A DNA stretch of 63,815 nucleotides, counting the filler, from Octopus bimaculoides (taxonomy: Eukaryota): NCBI RefSeq assembly GCF_001194135.2. It is 3 parts of 3 records of this genome, joined end to end, with 100 filler letters (N's around TTAATTAATTAA, not from the genome) between each part and the next. Parts side by side here need not be neighbours in the genome. Positions count along the whole stretch, not along the records: positions 1 to 31,737 come from NC_068991.1; 2 more parts are not named here. The stretch is one strand, 5' to 3'. Under the pieces are notes generated by a model that worked only from the letters and a program-made list of their open reading frames with translations, made no database searches and had not been told where the DNA came from. The position numbers and the translations under genes were made by a program. Shown here in pieces: positions 1 through 13,598 of this stretch (its first letter is position 1; every line of letters starts with the position of its first letter).

Positions 1-352
1 CATAGTGGGAGAGAGTGTGAGATGGACATAGTGGGAGAGAGTGTGAGATGGACATAGTGGGAGAGAGTGTGAGATGGACATAGTGGGAGAGAGTGTGAGA
101 TGGACATAGTGGGAGAGAGTGTGAGATAGACATAGTGGGAGAGAGTGTGAGATAGACATAGTGGGAGAGAGTGTGAGATAGACATAGTGGGAGAGAGTGT
201 GAGATAGACATAGTGGGAGAGTGTGTGAGAGTGACAGACTGGGAGAGTGTGTGAGAGTGACAGACTGAGAGAAAGTGCAAGACTGACAGACTGACAGACT
301 GAGAGAAAGTGCAAGACTGACAGACTGAGAGAAGGTGCAAGACTGACAGATG
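1..352. repeat. 26-bp minisatellite with a changing unit
   Basis: about 8 copies of CATAGTGGGAGAGAGTGTGAGAT(G/A)GA grading into GACTGACAGACTGAGAGAAAGTGCAA units. Confidence 0.95.
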
Positions 353-2741
353 AGGAGAGAACATGAGACAGATAGATCAAGAAATATAGAGTTTAGACAG
401 AGAAAGCAATAGAAAGTTAGACAGAGAGGGAGAAGAATATCAGATACTGGGTGTTGGGGAATCAGAGAGAGGGGACAGAAACAGAGAGAGTCAGTAGTAG
501 ATTGGGAGATAGGCTAATAGATTAGGAGATAGTGAGGGAGTCAAAGAGAGAGAGAGAGAGTATCATACGTGGTGAAAAAGTTAGAGTTAAACAGGGAGAA
601 ATATGGAGAAAATCAAACAGAGCAGAGAGTGAGTAAAAGATGACTACACAAAGTGATAGAAATAGAGAAACAAGGAGACATAGATGCTTTGTCTTTCAAA
701 ATATTTGTGCAAGTGAAGCATTTGGTAGTTCTCTTAGCAGAGAAGGATATTAGTTCAAAGTATCAGAAAAACGTTCTTTTATTTTTTAAGAGAAGCTAAA
801 AAAAAAAAAATTCTATCTTAAGCTATAGATTCCAGAGAAGAAATATATTGTTGGAGTTTAATTTAGTGCTGTTACTAGGGCAAGATTTAGAAGTCCTAAC
901 TTAAACATGCCTTTCTCAAGAATATTTCAGTTATTCTTCATGATGGCAATATTAATTAAAGCATAGCATTGCAGCAATATGTCTCTCGACTGAATAAGCA
1001 GTGGTTGAATTGCAAAGCAGTCTGGTATCTAACAATTTTGCATTGAAATTTAACTATAATTGATTTGAAATATTATCTTACAGAGTCAATAAAATAATCA
1101 CCAACAGCAGACATAGAAAAGTATTTATAAACATACAATCAGTTGAATGTATTCACATAGTTTATAAGCCTTGCTTGGCCTGTTCAAACCATTCAGTAAA
1201 CGTTTTAGGAGTAACTTTGACAGATGCCTAACTTTGATGGATGTCTGCAACCTGAGTAAACATCAATATGGATCAACTGTGAAAGAAAGGTAGGCAACCA
1301 CTGAAATATTTCTTGATATCACACAAACATTGAAAACTACTGTCAGTTTCCAAGATATAATGACCAAGTTTATGTTGGAATGGTCTGAAGTATGCTTTTA
1401 TAACTCAGGGTAAAAAGAGTGTGTGGCACTCTGCATAAAAGAAATACTCAAAAGTTTTTTCCAAATCAAACAAAAATGGCTGGACATCAGACACTAATTA
1501 GATTGTCAAGACAATAACAATTCCCTCTCGTTTCCAGAAATCCATTTTTGCAGGGTGTAACTTGCAGATTAATGAGATGTATCACATGTACTTTGAACTT
1601 TTGAATACTAGAATAATGAATCATCAGTTTCAGTCTTTCAATAGTTTCAGCCATTCTTGGGCACCACTATCAAAACCAAAGAACACTCATGAAGCAAGAA
1701 ACCAAATCCTATTCCCAGACAGATGTAACATGATTATTATTATACTAGTTATGAATGTCATGTCAAAATATTCTGCAATTTACATCTCCTACACAAGTAT
1801 TCCTCTTAATATGTATTAAAAAAATAGATGTTCAGTTAAGTAGTAAAATTTATATAATCAACTATGTCCACCTCTCCCCATGTTTTGGCAAAGTATACAA
1901 ATAAAGTGATCAATATTGATACCCTGCAACAAGATTTAATCAATAGACACTGGGAAAAGATATAAGGCAAGAAAATAAATTTGTCAGAGGAAAAAAGTTA
2001 TACAAAATATTTTAAAATATAGTGAAATTAAGAATTATAAACAGGCTATAGATATTGCTAGGTTAATAATTCAATACATGCATCAAATACAGGAGGGTTA
2101 AAATCACAATGCACTACTGAAAGAGAGAGGAAGATCAATATGCCAAACACTACAGGGAGGTAGAACCCAGCAAAATTACAGATAAATGGAAGGAAAAAAC
2201 TTGCTAAATTATTAACACATGCAGAATGGTAAAATTATGGAAGCTTCAGGCAAATGTTAGGAAAGGTAAAACATTATAACACTACAAAATAATCAAATTT
2301 ATAAAGACAATGAAAGGTAAACACCAAAAAGTTAACTGTTAGTTACTATGATCAAAATCACACAATACTACAAATAGCAATAACATCATCATCTGACTGA
2401 AGCAGTAAACGGCTGCAACCTTCCACAATTAATTGTGGTCAAATGGTTGGGAGACTACTTCTGGCCATTGATGGGATTTTAATCTTTAGACAGAATTTAA
2501 ACTCAGAATGCAAGGTGCTGGAACAGATGCATGGCATTTTGTCCAACACAAACAATTCCACAAATCCGCTGATTTGGATTGGTGTTCCATTTATCAATCT
2601 CAAAAGGTTACAAAGAAGAGTAAACTTCAGTGAGATTTGAACTCAGAGCGCAAAGACCAAAGAAAAATTACTGTAAAGGCACTTTAGCCAATGCTCCAAC
2701 AATTCTACCAAATTGCCAACAGTAACATTGTCGTAGTAATA

Positions 2742-2952
2742 ATAATAATCCTTTCTAATATAGGCACAAAGCCTGAAATTTTGGGGGAAAGGTAAAGTCG
2801 ATCACATCGACCTCAGTACTCAACTGGTACTTAACTAATCAACCCCAAAAGGATGAAAGGCAAAGTCAACCTTGGTGGAATTTGAACTCAGAACATAAAG
2901 ACGGACGAAATGCTTAGCAGCATTTCGTCCGGCATGCTAATGATTCTGCCAG
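2742..2952 (-). mobile_element. tRNA-derived SINE, family A (Meta-like central domain)
   Basis: reverse complement has B-box GAGTTCAAATTCC, gactttgcctttcatcctttt-ggg-tgat core and cttgtgcctata-tagaaagg-(att)n tail. Confidence 0.8.
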
Positions 2953-3322
2953 AATAATAATAATTATAAACCATATCTGGTTTGACATGAAGTTGAAACA
3001 CAATTATGGCAACCAACCAGACAAATTAATACTCAGAATTATACTGTAAAAATTATCATTAAAATCAAAAATAACAATACAAAAAAGCATGCCTCAAAAA
3101 TATACTCATTTGNNNNNNNNNNNNNNNNNNNNNNNNNNNNNNNNNNNNNNNNNNNNNNNNNNNNNNNNNNNNNNNNNNNNNNNNNNNNNNNNNNNNNNNN
3201 NNNNNNNNNNNNNNNNNNNNNNNNNNNNNNNNNNNNNNNNNNNNNNNNNNNNNNNNNNNNNNNNNNNNNNNNNNNNNNNNNNNNNNNNNNNNNNNNNNNN
3301 NNNNNNNNNNNNNNNNNNNNNN

Positions 3323-3391
<69 letters not shown>

Positions 3392-6300
3392 ACGCACACA
3401 CACGCACACAAAATAAAAAAAGAAGACCAATATAACATAACCAAATCACACAAAAAGCCATTTGCAAAAATTAACAACCCTCAGAAAAAGAAACAGCAAC
3501 TGAGTTGGAATTGGGTGAATATTTTATACTCCCCATTTCCTAGTGAACTAAGAAATAGGGTTACTAATTTAAATAATTGCACATTAATTATTAAAAGATG
3601 GTCATGACAATGAAGGTGAGTAAAAGAGTAATGCAAATGAAAATTGCATTACTTTCTGACGACCCGTCATAATTTTGACCATTCATCTCTGAGGTTAATC
3701 ATAATAAACCTTCAGCTGAGTTTGGTAAAGGGCCAAAACAACAGCGGCAGTAGCAGTATCTGACCGATTAATATAACTATGCATGTATCATATTTGATTT
3801 TAGAGTTTTCTGCTGTTCTATTACTTCAGTGTTCATGCCATAGAAACAATGAGTTAGTGAGTGGAGGTGGGGTATCTCTGATATTTGTTAGTGCAAAACT
3901 GCAAGTAATGGAACAGTAGTCAACTCTAACAATAAAAAGAAATTTAATATACAACATAGATTATTCTTACTACTTTTGAACCACTATTTGAAAACAAAAT
4001 ACCTATATGTACTCATGCAAGTGTGCTCCTTTTAAAGTAACTTTACTCATGATAAAAAAAAAAAAAAGCTGCCAAGTTATATGGTGTACAAATTATCCTG
4101 TAACAATGTGCAACAAAAAGTGCTTAAGTAAGATGATGTAACCATGTGTGATAAGTGCATAGTAAATACTTAAAAGGTATAGTGAGTAGCACTACTTGAG
4201 AGACAGAATTTATAACACAAAATGTTGCAAGTGATCAAAGTTTGTGCAACGAATTCTGTGTAAGAATATACCTTTAGTTTTACTCATAAAATAATTTCTG
4301 AGTTATAACCTCCACAGAAAGAGTGTGAGTGTATGAGTGTGTTTGCGTGTACCACTATGCAACTGTTTGACCTTCCTGAAACAATAGCCAAATTTGCTTT
4401 GATTCATATCTGACCATTTTAACAAAAGGCACACACACATTGGTATAGTAAGCTTATATTGTATATAAGTTTACAATAGCAATGTGTCTTTCCTTTGATA
4501 AAATGGTCAGGTGTGATTTCAAGCAGATTTGGTGGCTGTTTCAAGAATAAAAGACAGATGGCCACAGCTGGAAAACTACTGATCATAGGACTGTTTGATG
4601 ACACTGACAGAAAGTTTTAACTGTAACAAGAGCAGTGAAAATCATTTAATGGCCTTCAATCCATAATTGCTCATGCTATTAGCTACTCTAGTGCATGTTG
4701 CACAACTGAAGTGCAGTAAATATGTTAATCCTAGTTTAACAAGGGACTCAATATATCATTCATAATTAGTTTATTGACCTGTACAGAAATGAAAGGCAAA
4801 GTCTCAATATGATTTGAACTTAGAATGTCATTACACAAAACTTAAATGCTGTTAGACATTGATCTCCATGCACAAACAATTTTATCACTCCCACATCCCA
4901 CTTTCTTTTGTTATCTAGTTGTATAACAATTCTGGCTCTACTCATCAATTCAATCATCTTTAAAGAATTATTGTAAATATTACAACTGTCAAATTTATTA
5001 TCACCGGCTGCACATAGAATTATACTTCTATATTTCATCCCAGCTACATAAATTATGATATGCAGCCACATCTTTGATAATATAGCTGCCTTACCCCAGT
5101 TGACGAAATATCACTTAGAAGACTGTACACCTATTCTTTCTTCCCATCATTGTAGCTGATAAACTTTTCTACTTGGTTTCACGTATGTAATACGTCAAGT
5201 TATCTATGTAACACTTTACAACCCTATCTCTCAGATCCAAGTTCAAATGTTATTATCAGCAGGTATATTCTCAACACAAGTATATACTGTAAAATATTGA
5301 GAACATCAGTATATTACTGGAATATTTTATATATATTATGAACCTTTATGTACACACGTACACATGAAAACAATACAAGCAACTAGAAGTGTTTTACTTC
5401 TTTTTGTTTTAATCTAAACATGATACCTTGAATTATAAGAGAAAAAGGTAGAGGAAGAGCAAATAATAATTTCCTAAAGGGGCATGAAATCTCAGAAATA
5501 ATAGATTAAGTTGATGCCTTCCCAAGGACATAAAATTTTAAACTGAAACAGTCCCAACAGAGCCCTTAAAACATGTTACAAAGTGTTCCCCACCACCACT
5601 GAAATCATTTCATAAGATTAGAGAAATCTTTTATTTCCAACTACTTCCATTCCATCAAATACCAATTACTGAATATTATATGAACTTTAAAAAAATTTAA
5701 AGATAACAGTAGTAAATTATACAAATATAGACACAGCAATTGATAGAAGCCTAACAAAATATACCATTACATAACAAAAAAAATACACCAAATACATGTC
5801 TTCCATCTGCCAAATAAATGTGAAAAAAAGCATTGAAGCCTCTATTTACATTCATACACAGAACTGTGTTAGAATGACAAAGCAAAAGTAGTAAACAGCT
5901 TTAAAATGCAGTAAAAAAGGCAATAAACAAAAGGCAGAAAAAGAAAAAAAAAACAGATTTTCAATGGTGTGTATTATTAGATATTTTATCACTAGTTTGA
6001 ACACACAGGTTGTCAATTTTATACGTACTGATTCTTTTAGCAAGCAAATTATTTATTGAGTAGATTAATTAAAAGCAAGAAAATTTAGACTAATAAAGAG
6101 CCTCAGGTAAAGGCTTGATCAAATTGCAACTCTTGAATACTTGATACACATTAACTGTTGTATTTAAAATATTTCAACTGATGGTAAAATAAACAGCACA
6201 TATATATGTAAAAAGTTCAGTTCATAGCCATGCCATCTTAAATGAAAATGGTATCTGAAACTATATGTTTAGCCCACCAACGAAACATATAGGCATTAGC

Positions 6301-7495
6301 AATGCACAAGAGTACATATGCAAACAAACATTTAGTTAGTTTGTTTGTTTTTAAAAGTGTCGAATGTGTATTGTATCATACAGATAAGAAAGCAATATTC
6401 CAAACACAGTATAGCTATGAAAACAGCAGAAAGATTGGGTATTATTACCTTTATAAGACGGAAACAAGTTATCAACAGACAGCCACGGAACAGTCCCATG
6501 GCTGTCTGTTGACAACTTTTCTCTGTCTTATAAGGGTGTTAACACCTAATCTTTCTGCTGTTTTCACAGATATACTGCATTTGAAATATTGCTTTCTTAT
6601 CTGTTATAATACAATACTGAGTGTTATTTGAATTTTTTTTTTTAAACTGTGTATAGGTTTACTCAACACTACTAGCTCTAGTAGGATTTGAACTCATGAA
6701 TTTTTCAAAGCGGTGAAAGACAAATTGTCAAACCTTACAAAGATATGAAATCAAAATAGTAACATGTTCAACTGTTATAAACTTTTTATTCTAATTGAGT
6801 TCCAATGCACGAAACTCATTACCTTAAGTATGAAGACAACTGGGTCAGCTCTAGTATGCTGCTGACATTTCTTAACACTGAAGAATTTGGAAAACAACAT
6901 TAGTCCCAGAAAGATATGCAACTCAGTGCATAGAGAACAAAAAAGAAATGAAAGACTATAAAGGTACTTTACAATTTCTGTCAAATCACTACCCTTCCGT
7001 CATGCTAATGATAAGTACATCGTTATACATAGAAAATATAACCTAGATTTGTTGGAAGAGATAACACAGAGAATGATTTATGTTCAAACTTTTCTCAACA
7101 TCATTACATTAGTGATACAAGATGATAGTTATAATACTAAAGAGGATTTTTAACACTGACAAAAGGCTACAAATTCACAGAAGTGATTCCATAGACAGCT
7201 CCATGGACACCTTGTGTAATAGTGGGACTTTACCAACCCCAGAGGGATGAAAAACAAAGTCAACCTCCATCAGAACAGGGAAACTAATGAAACACTGAAG
7301 CATTATTCAGGTATTCCTGTTTCTGTCAATCTATTACCTACTTAGTAATTACAGAAAATTGAAAAATCAAAGCCATTTCGTTTCCTTTTTTTTTTTTTTT
7401 TTTTTNNNNNNNNNNTTTTTTTTTTTTTCTTTTTTGCCCCCGAGAGGAAGCATAATAAAAGAAGCAGGCACAAAAAAAAACAAATAAAACCATAC

Positions 7496-7663
7496 CTTTT
7501 AACCTTTCAGCCAGTTCCCGAGGATCGGCTAAATTGCCTTCACTGCTGCTTCTGATCATTGAGTCAGAAGCAACAGAGGCAGTGCGCGAGTGGCAAGGAG
7601 AGGGCTCTCCGCTCAGCGAACGCTGCTTATGTAGCTCGGTCCGGCTTTTTAGTCCTCCTGCGC
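7496..7663 (-). CDS. RALGAPA: RalGAP alpha exon (last one found in window), phase 1-1
   Basis: pyrimidine tract...ttgacag|GC...AAA G|gtatg; 168 nt; (G)AGGLKSRTELHKQRSLSGEPSPCHSRTASVASDSMIRSSSEGNLADPRELAERLK; GC-rich island inside ORF 7338..7697. Confidence 0.82.
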
Positions 7664-8132
7664 CTGTCAAGGGGTAGAGAGATATGGGGAATTGCAAACA
7701 ACACCAGGGATGAAGAAGAAAGGGTCTGTGACTTGAAGTTAAAAGACAGAGCAGATCATAAATTCATTAAAGAATATTGTATAATGCATGTATCTGTGTG
7801 TATGTATGCATGTTTGTATGCTATATTGGTTTCTATTTTTCAGTTCTGACATCATGCTCTTTAAAAGATTACAAATTAGCTTTTGGTTTTTTGTAAGCTT
7901 TGTGTAAGTGCATGCACACATTCTCTTAAACATGATATATCAAAGGTTTCTTTGATTTACAAATATCACAAGAGAATTTGAGTATAAGAAATCACATTCA
8001 ATATGCAATCACTTCATTGCTCCTGTTTATTTTTCTCACTATTTTTTCTAGAAAATTTATATAACTCCCTTGGTACAATTGCTTAGCTTATGTTTTTATC
8101 TTTATAATGGGGAAATTCGGAAATTTTGGCTC

Positions 8133-8557
8133 GCTTGCCTTCATCAGACAGTGATTTACTTTTTTTCTCTTTCGGTTTATATAGTTTTTGGCAGGTTTCT
8201 TTTTGGGTAGGTAGAGAGCTATGTGAATGATAATTAGGTGTGGTGAAGGTAGGCACAAGAACTTGTGCAGGAAAAGGAAGAATAAAGGAGGATCAGAGCA
8301 AAGTGTTTGACTGAACTCTAAACAAAAACAAAATTCTCACATCAAACCAAAATAAATCATAATACAACCCACACCCTACAAACAAACTTTCTTCCCACAC
8401 TCATCAATCCCTCTTCCTACACAACTAACTCTCCCTGCCTACTTACACCACACCTAATTATCATTTGCATAGCTCCATCTAACCAAACACAGTCTGCCAA
8501 AGACTATATAAAGCCACAAAACACTCAAGTAAATCACAGCCTGATGAAGGTAAGCAA
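8133..8557. repeat. degenerate inverted repeat (arms about 125 bp, spacer about 180 bp)
   Basis: 8133-8255 is the reverse complement of about 8436-8557 (shared cttcatcag-gtgatttact, tatatagt-ttggcag, tgataattaggtgtggt). Confidence 0.85.
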
Positions 8558-8624
8558 GACAAAACTTGAGAGTTACTATCAAACATCTCCTTGTAAAAGT
8601 TTAGAGAAGGAAAGAGATGCAGTG

Positions 8625-9122
8625 AGAGAGAGACAGACAGACTTACAGAGACAGACAGACAGACTTACAGAGACAGACAGACAGACTTACAGAGACAGAC
8701 AGACAGACTTACAGAGACAGACAGACAGACTTACAGAGACAGACAGACAGACTTACAGAGACAGACAGACAGACTTACAGAGACAGACAGACAGACTTAC
8801 AGAGACAGACAGACAGACTTACAGAGACAGACAGACAGACTTACAGAGACAGACAGACAGAGACAGACAGACAGAGACAGACAGACAGACAGACAGACAG
8901 AGACAGCCAGACAGACAGACAGACAGAGACAGACAAGCAGAGACAGACAGACACAAACAGATTGACAAAGACTGACAGACAGAGACAGACTGACAGACAG
9001 ACAGAGACAGACTGACAGACAGAGACAGACTGACAGACAGAGACAGACTGACAGACAGAGACAGACTGACAGACAGAGACAGACTGACAGGTAGAGGCAG
9101 ACTGACAGACAGAGACAGACAG
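8625..9122. repeat. GACA-based compound minisatellite (22-bp then 18-bp units)
   Basis: ACTTACAGAGACAGACAGACAG about 10 times, then GACTGACAGACAGAGACA about 8 times. Confidence 0.95.
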
Positions 9123-9310
9123 ACATCTTTGTTGGGCTCTTTTTCCTTTCTGGAAGCTTTCAAATAAATAATCAAATAATTGCATTTTGTTTACTTTTTA
9201 CAAAAAGTAAACTATTTTATGTACAAGTCTTTACAGCTGGAACAAAGTCACTCAACGTACTAAAATTAGTAAGTCTAAATTCCCTATAACCACATGCATA
9301 ACACACACAT

Positions 9311-9874
9311 GGGATCTTTTTTAAAACAGGGGCCACATTTTTCATTAATGTTTTACGTAGTGTTTTTGGTACGGAAAGACTTTCAAACTTCGTATACTTA
9401 TCTATTTTGTGTTATAGAACAGAAAAATATTTTTGTATTCGAATTTATTTCATGTAAAAAATTGTCTTATTTCGATAATTTCAACCAATCACTGACGTCC
9501 ATTCAGTCGATATACATTAAGTGCCAACTACATAAACAAACGATTCTTCGTTTTATTTGCTTTTTTCATTTTAAATTTGCTTTAACCCTAACNNNNNNNN
9601 NNNNNNNNNNNNNNNNNNNNNNNNNNNNNNNNNNNNNNNNNNNNNNNNNNNNNNNNNNNNNNNNNNNNNNNNNNNNATATCGGCTGAATGGACGTCAGTG
9701 ATTGGTTGAAATTACAGAAATACGACAACTTTAACATGGAATAATTTATGGATTTCTTTTTTTTTAAAGAAGACTAAGAGAAAAAGATGTTTTATATGAC
9801 ACATTCTACCAGTGTTCCAAGTTTCAAAGTGTTTCGTTAATGAAAAATGTGGCCCCCGTTTTAAAAAAGATCCC
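9311..9874. mobile_element. fold-back MITE with long terminal inverted repeats
   Basis: GGGATCTTTTTTAAAAC-GGGGCCACATTTTTCATTAA mirrored at both ends; inner inverted CCAATCACTGACGTCCATTCAG; ACACAT on both flanks; centre is an N gap. Confidence 0.85.
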
Positions 9875-10799
9875 ACACATGCACACATGGACAGACAGAA
9901 AAATAGAGATGTAGAGAGAGAATGAGAAAAAGTTGGAAAAACTTGTATTTTGGTTTATTTTTCATAAAAACAAAAATGTCTCTACATATGTCTGTATCTT
10001 TACAGCTAGAACATGATCAGTTGGCCTACAAGAAATATCTAAATACCCTGAATAACTGCCATGCCTCTTCCTATCATTGTATCTAGACATTTCCATTGAC
10101 TCCAGACTTGAGGAAATATTTACTCTCATTAGGGCTCCAAAGATTAAATAAGTTTTAAAAACACACTTGACTACATAAGTACATGTAATGCAGGAGTGGG
10201 AGAGGGGTTACTTGACTGGATAATATTTTATTGTCCCCAATTGGTAAAGTCAATCTTCAACAAGATTTGAATTCAGAACATAAAAAATACTCTAAACAGT
10301 TTATTGGCACTCTACAGTTCTGCCATTCCTTAAAATTATAGTCTAACTTCATACATAACCTGATTTTATGGACATTTTACAATATCTTTTTTTTTTTTTT
10401 GCCAAAATGACAGAAAATCTAACATTAAAATAACCTTCAATGAGTTAAGGTGAATTAATACAAGTCCATTAAATTAACAATACTTTCAAAGAACATGCCA
10501 GTAGCACGAGGCGAGGGACAAGATGGTGATGCATGATCTTTGTATGTCGGGTTTCATGGAGGCGATAACAAATGACTGACACCTCTGACAATATGATGTG
10601 CTTGAGAAGACTCGTCAAGCCAAGTGAAATCATAGTCATGGTTATTACCAGTGCCATATAAATGGTACCCATGAGATCGTAGTCGCGGCTGTTGCCAATG
10701 TAGAAACCATGCCAAATCAGACTGGAACCTGGTGCAGCTTTATCGCTTACCAGTCCCAGCCAAACTGTTTAATCCATGCCAGTATGGAAAGTGGGTGTT

Positions 10800-11133
10800 A
10801 AATAATAATGATAATAATAATAATGATAATAATAATGATGATGATGATGATGCTGATGATGATGATGCTGATGATGCTGATGATGCTGATGATGATGATG
10901 ATGATGCTGATGATGCTGATGATGATGCTGATGCTGATGATGATGATGCTGATGCTGATGATGATGCTGATGATGCTGATGACGATGATGACGATGATGA
11001 CGATGACGACGATGACGACGATGATGATGACGCTGATGATGACGACGACGATGCTGATGACGATGCTGATGATGATGATGATGATGATGATGGCGATGGC
11101 GATGGCGATGACGATGACGATGATGATGATGAT
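10800..11133. repeat. mosaic trinucleotide repeat (AAT/GAT/GCT/GAC/GGC)
   Basis: directly visible; explains the poly-Asp, poly-Met and poly-Ile ORFs. Confidence 0.95.
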
Positions 11134-13009
11134 TAATGTCAAATTAGGATATTTACTACAATTACTACTGTTGTTAATAGGGTTGACATAAATCATAGAG
11201 ATTTGAAAGACAGAAATGATTTGCATTTATCTTCTCATGTTTTTAAATTTAACTCCTAATCTGATTCAGCTTATCTTCCAAACTACTTCAATTAAAAAAA
11301 AGTAGCAGAAATATCTAAAGTTAGGAGAGACTTATACTCAGTCCAATTACCATAATTGTTTTTGTTTTGAATCCATTGTGCTTCAGTCATTAGTACTAAT
11401 TATTATCAAAAGCCAAGTGACAGCAAGGGTTATAACTATAGTGGTAGACAGTGTTCTTAAGATCAAGTATAAGATACTATTGAGAAGTTAAGCGGAGATA
11501 GAGAAAGAATGAAGAGGAGAAAGCATTAAGATATTATGAACACAGAAACACAGATTGAGATATAAAAGTGTTATATATATTATGTATGTGCACACGTGTG
11601 TGCATAGTGGCATGAGAAAGAAGGCACATGCACAAATTTGAAAACAATTTCCAGTGGGCAGAAGAAGCAAGAGCTCTGTAAGTGAGTAATAATAAAAAAA
11701 TTTTATAAAAAAAAAAACAATAACACCAATAACCAACTGCTTTGTGTTAAAACTGAACAGGGGAAGGAGCAGTATAGGGAGAAAATCTAATATAGAAATA
11801 TCAATTAGTCAATAGATAAAAAAAGGGTTTTTTTCTAAAATAAAAATAATTATAAAATAAATAATTACAAATGTTTATGCTTATATTTTAAAAATTCAAC
11901 CATGATCCAAGTTCTGTCTTCACATGTCCACAGAATCCATTCAAATTTATATCTGATAGATATCAGCATGAATATGTAGCATAGATCTACTGTTATAGTT
12001 TCCAGAATGTAAATATATATATACAATTATACACACACACATCAAATTATACACACTTCTTTACATGTACAAATTGAACAGTTTGATGTTTTCATATGTT
12101 AAAATCAAACATCCATACCCATCTATACTATCCAACAATTTTCTGGAATTTTCCCATAGTATTTTTAGTCACTTTAAGAAGTTCAAAATCGTTTCTATCT
12201 TGAATTAACTTTTACCAATTAATCATGTACTCTTGATTATATTCCCCAATTCCCATATTTGGCACGCATATCTCCAACAGTGTTGTCACCACTTTCTAAC
12301 CTTAACACATACACAGTTACCTTCCCTTCCACTGGCTGCTCTGACCAGTGTTACCCACACTAAAGATGCCAAAACCCCATGACCGGCTCAAAACTCTTTG
12401 GTCAGACAAACTGGTCAGCTAGTCTTATTGTTAGTGTAAATTACTCCCTGCTCCTTCTATGTTATCTATGCATGACCTCAGTGAAACACAAAAGTTTAGA
12501 AAATGTTCTTTTCATCCCCTCAAATGTTGATAGCCTATGCAATTACCTTCACATCTTTACATCCAATTCTCGCTGATCAACACAAACCCAAGCATTAACT
12601 TGAGAAATCTAACAAACTGTTTGCTCTCTTCTCTTAGCACGGTCATACTCATAGGGCCTTAGCAATTGGTCTCCAACAACGCACTGTAAAATTAGCAACC
12701 CTAACATAGTATTCAATAATACTAAGCACACTGTATAATAGTATTATACAGTGTGCATGAGTGCATTCATTTCATGCACATATACATGTTTGTAACAGAC
12801 ATTGAGTGTGCATGTGAAAGAATATACATTTATAACCTGCATTTATATACATAATCATGTATACTTGCAGAAACAACCATCTAGAAATCTATATATGCAA
12901 ATATGTCAGCAGTTGTATAAATATTACACACACACACACACACACACAACACACGCATACATTAGAAAGCAATAGAAACTTTTGTCGACTAGATTCCAGT
13001 GATTTTTAC

Positions 13010-13147
13010 CTTCACTCTTGAATTTGCCTCGATCAAATGGAGTTTCAGGGGTGCTTGAAGAAACAGAGGGGGCTCTGGGTAGCCCACTATCACTTGTGAT
13101 ACAAGCACGGGATACATTCTGTTCTGAAGATTTAGATCTGGAAGGAC
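13010..13147 (-). CDS. RALGAPA: RalGAP alpha exon (S/P-rich linker), phase 1-1
   Basis: tttttttttag|GT...GAA G|gtaaaa; 138 nt; (G)PSRSKSSEQNVSRACITSDSGLPRAPSVSSSTPETPFDRGKFKSE; open in the phase left by the 21298 exon. Confidence 0.8.
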
Positions 13148-13383
13148 CTAAAAAAAAAATATTCAGTAAACATAATTAAAAGAGTAACAAAGATTGTGAT
13201 GCTAAACTTTACTTCTTCAATAATAAGTGGATGATGAATAAAAACAATTCATAAGACAGTTAAATGCCTTCATGGAATAGCTTTTATAGTCATCTGCTAG
13301 CTTCACAAGTAAAGACTTACCAAAACCAGTCCTTGACATATACTATTTGCCATTACATCTGTAGTGACAGTCTTCTTTAATTA

Positions 13384-13598
13384 TTCTTTCTACTACAGGT
13401 ACAAGGTTTGAAATTTAAGGAGGGAGCTAGTCAATTGCGTCAACCCTAGGACTTGATTGGTACTTATTTTATCAACCCCCAAAGGATGAAAGGCGAAGAC
13501 AAACTCAACAAAATTTGAACTCAGAACATAAAGAGCCAGAAAAAATGCTGCAAAGCATTTAGTCTGGCATGCAAATAATTCTGCCAGCTCACTGCCTT
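13384..13598 (-). mobile_element. SINE family A copy
   Basis: same head, core and tail as the 2742-2952 copy. Confidence 0.8.

Noticed and set aside
1-230. Regular repeats as a CRISPR-like array
   Set aside because: Head-to-tail units with no unique spacers, no cas genes, eukaryotic context.
3710-3759. 50-nt AG...GT unit (DTATAAVVLALYQTQLK) as a RALGAPA exon
   Set aside because: Weak donor (gtttat), poor pyrimidine tract, and no downstream exon to test phase.
4419-4604. Phase-1 open frame after an AG as the next RALGAPA exon
   Set aside because: No convincing donor, no homology, composition looks intronic.
7664-7733. Upstream extension of exon 7496-7663 suggested by ORF 7338..7697
   Set aside because: The upstream acceptor gives a stop in the required phase 1; the stretch is the polypyrimidine tract.
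8544-9185. RQTD and SVCL repeat ORFs
   Set aside because: Translations of a GACA minisatellite.
10732-11136. Poly-Asp/Ala ORF resembling an acidic biomineralisation protein
   Set aside because: Arises from a trinucleotide microsatellite that is open in several frames; no signal peptide or splice support; antisense within a RALGAPA intron.
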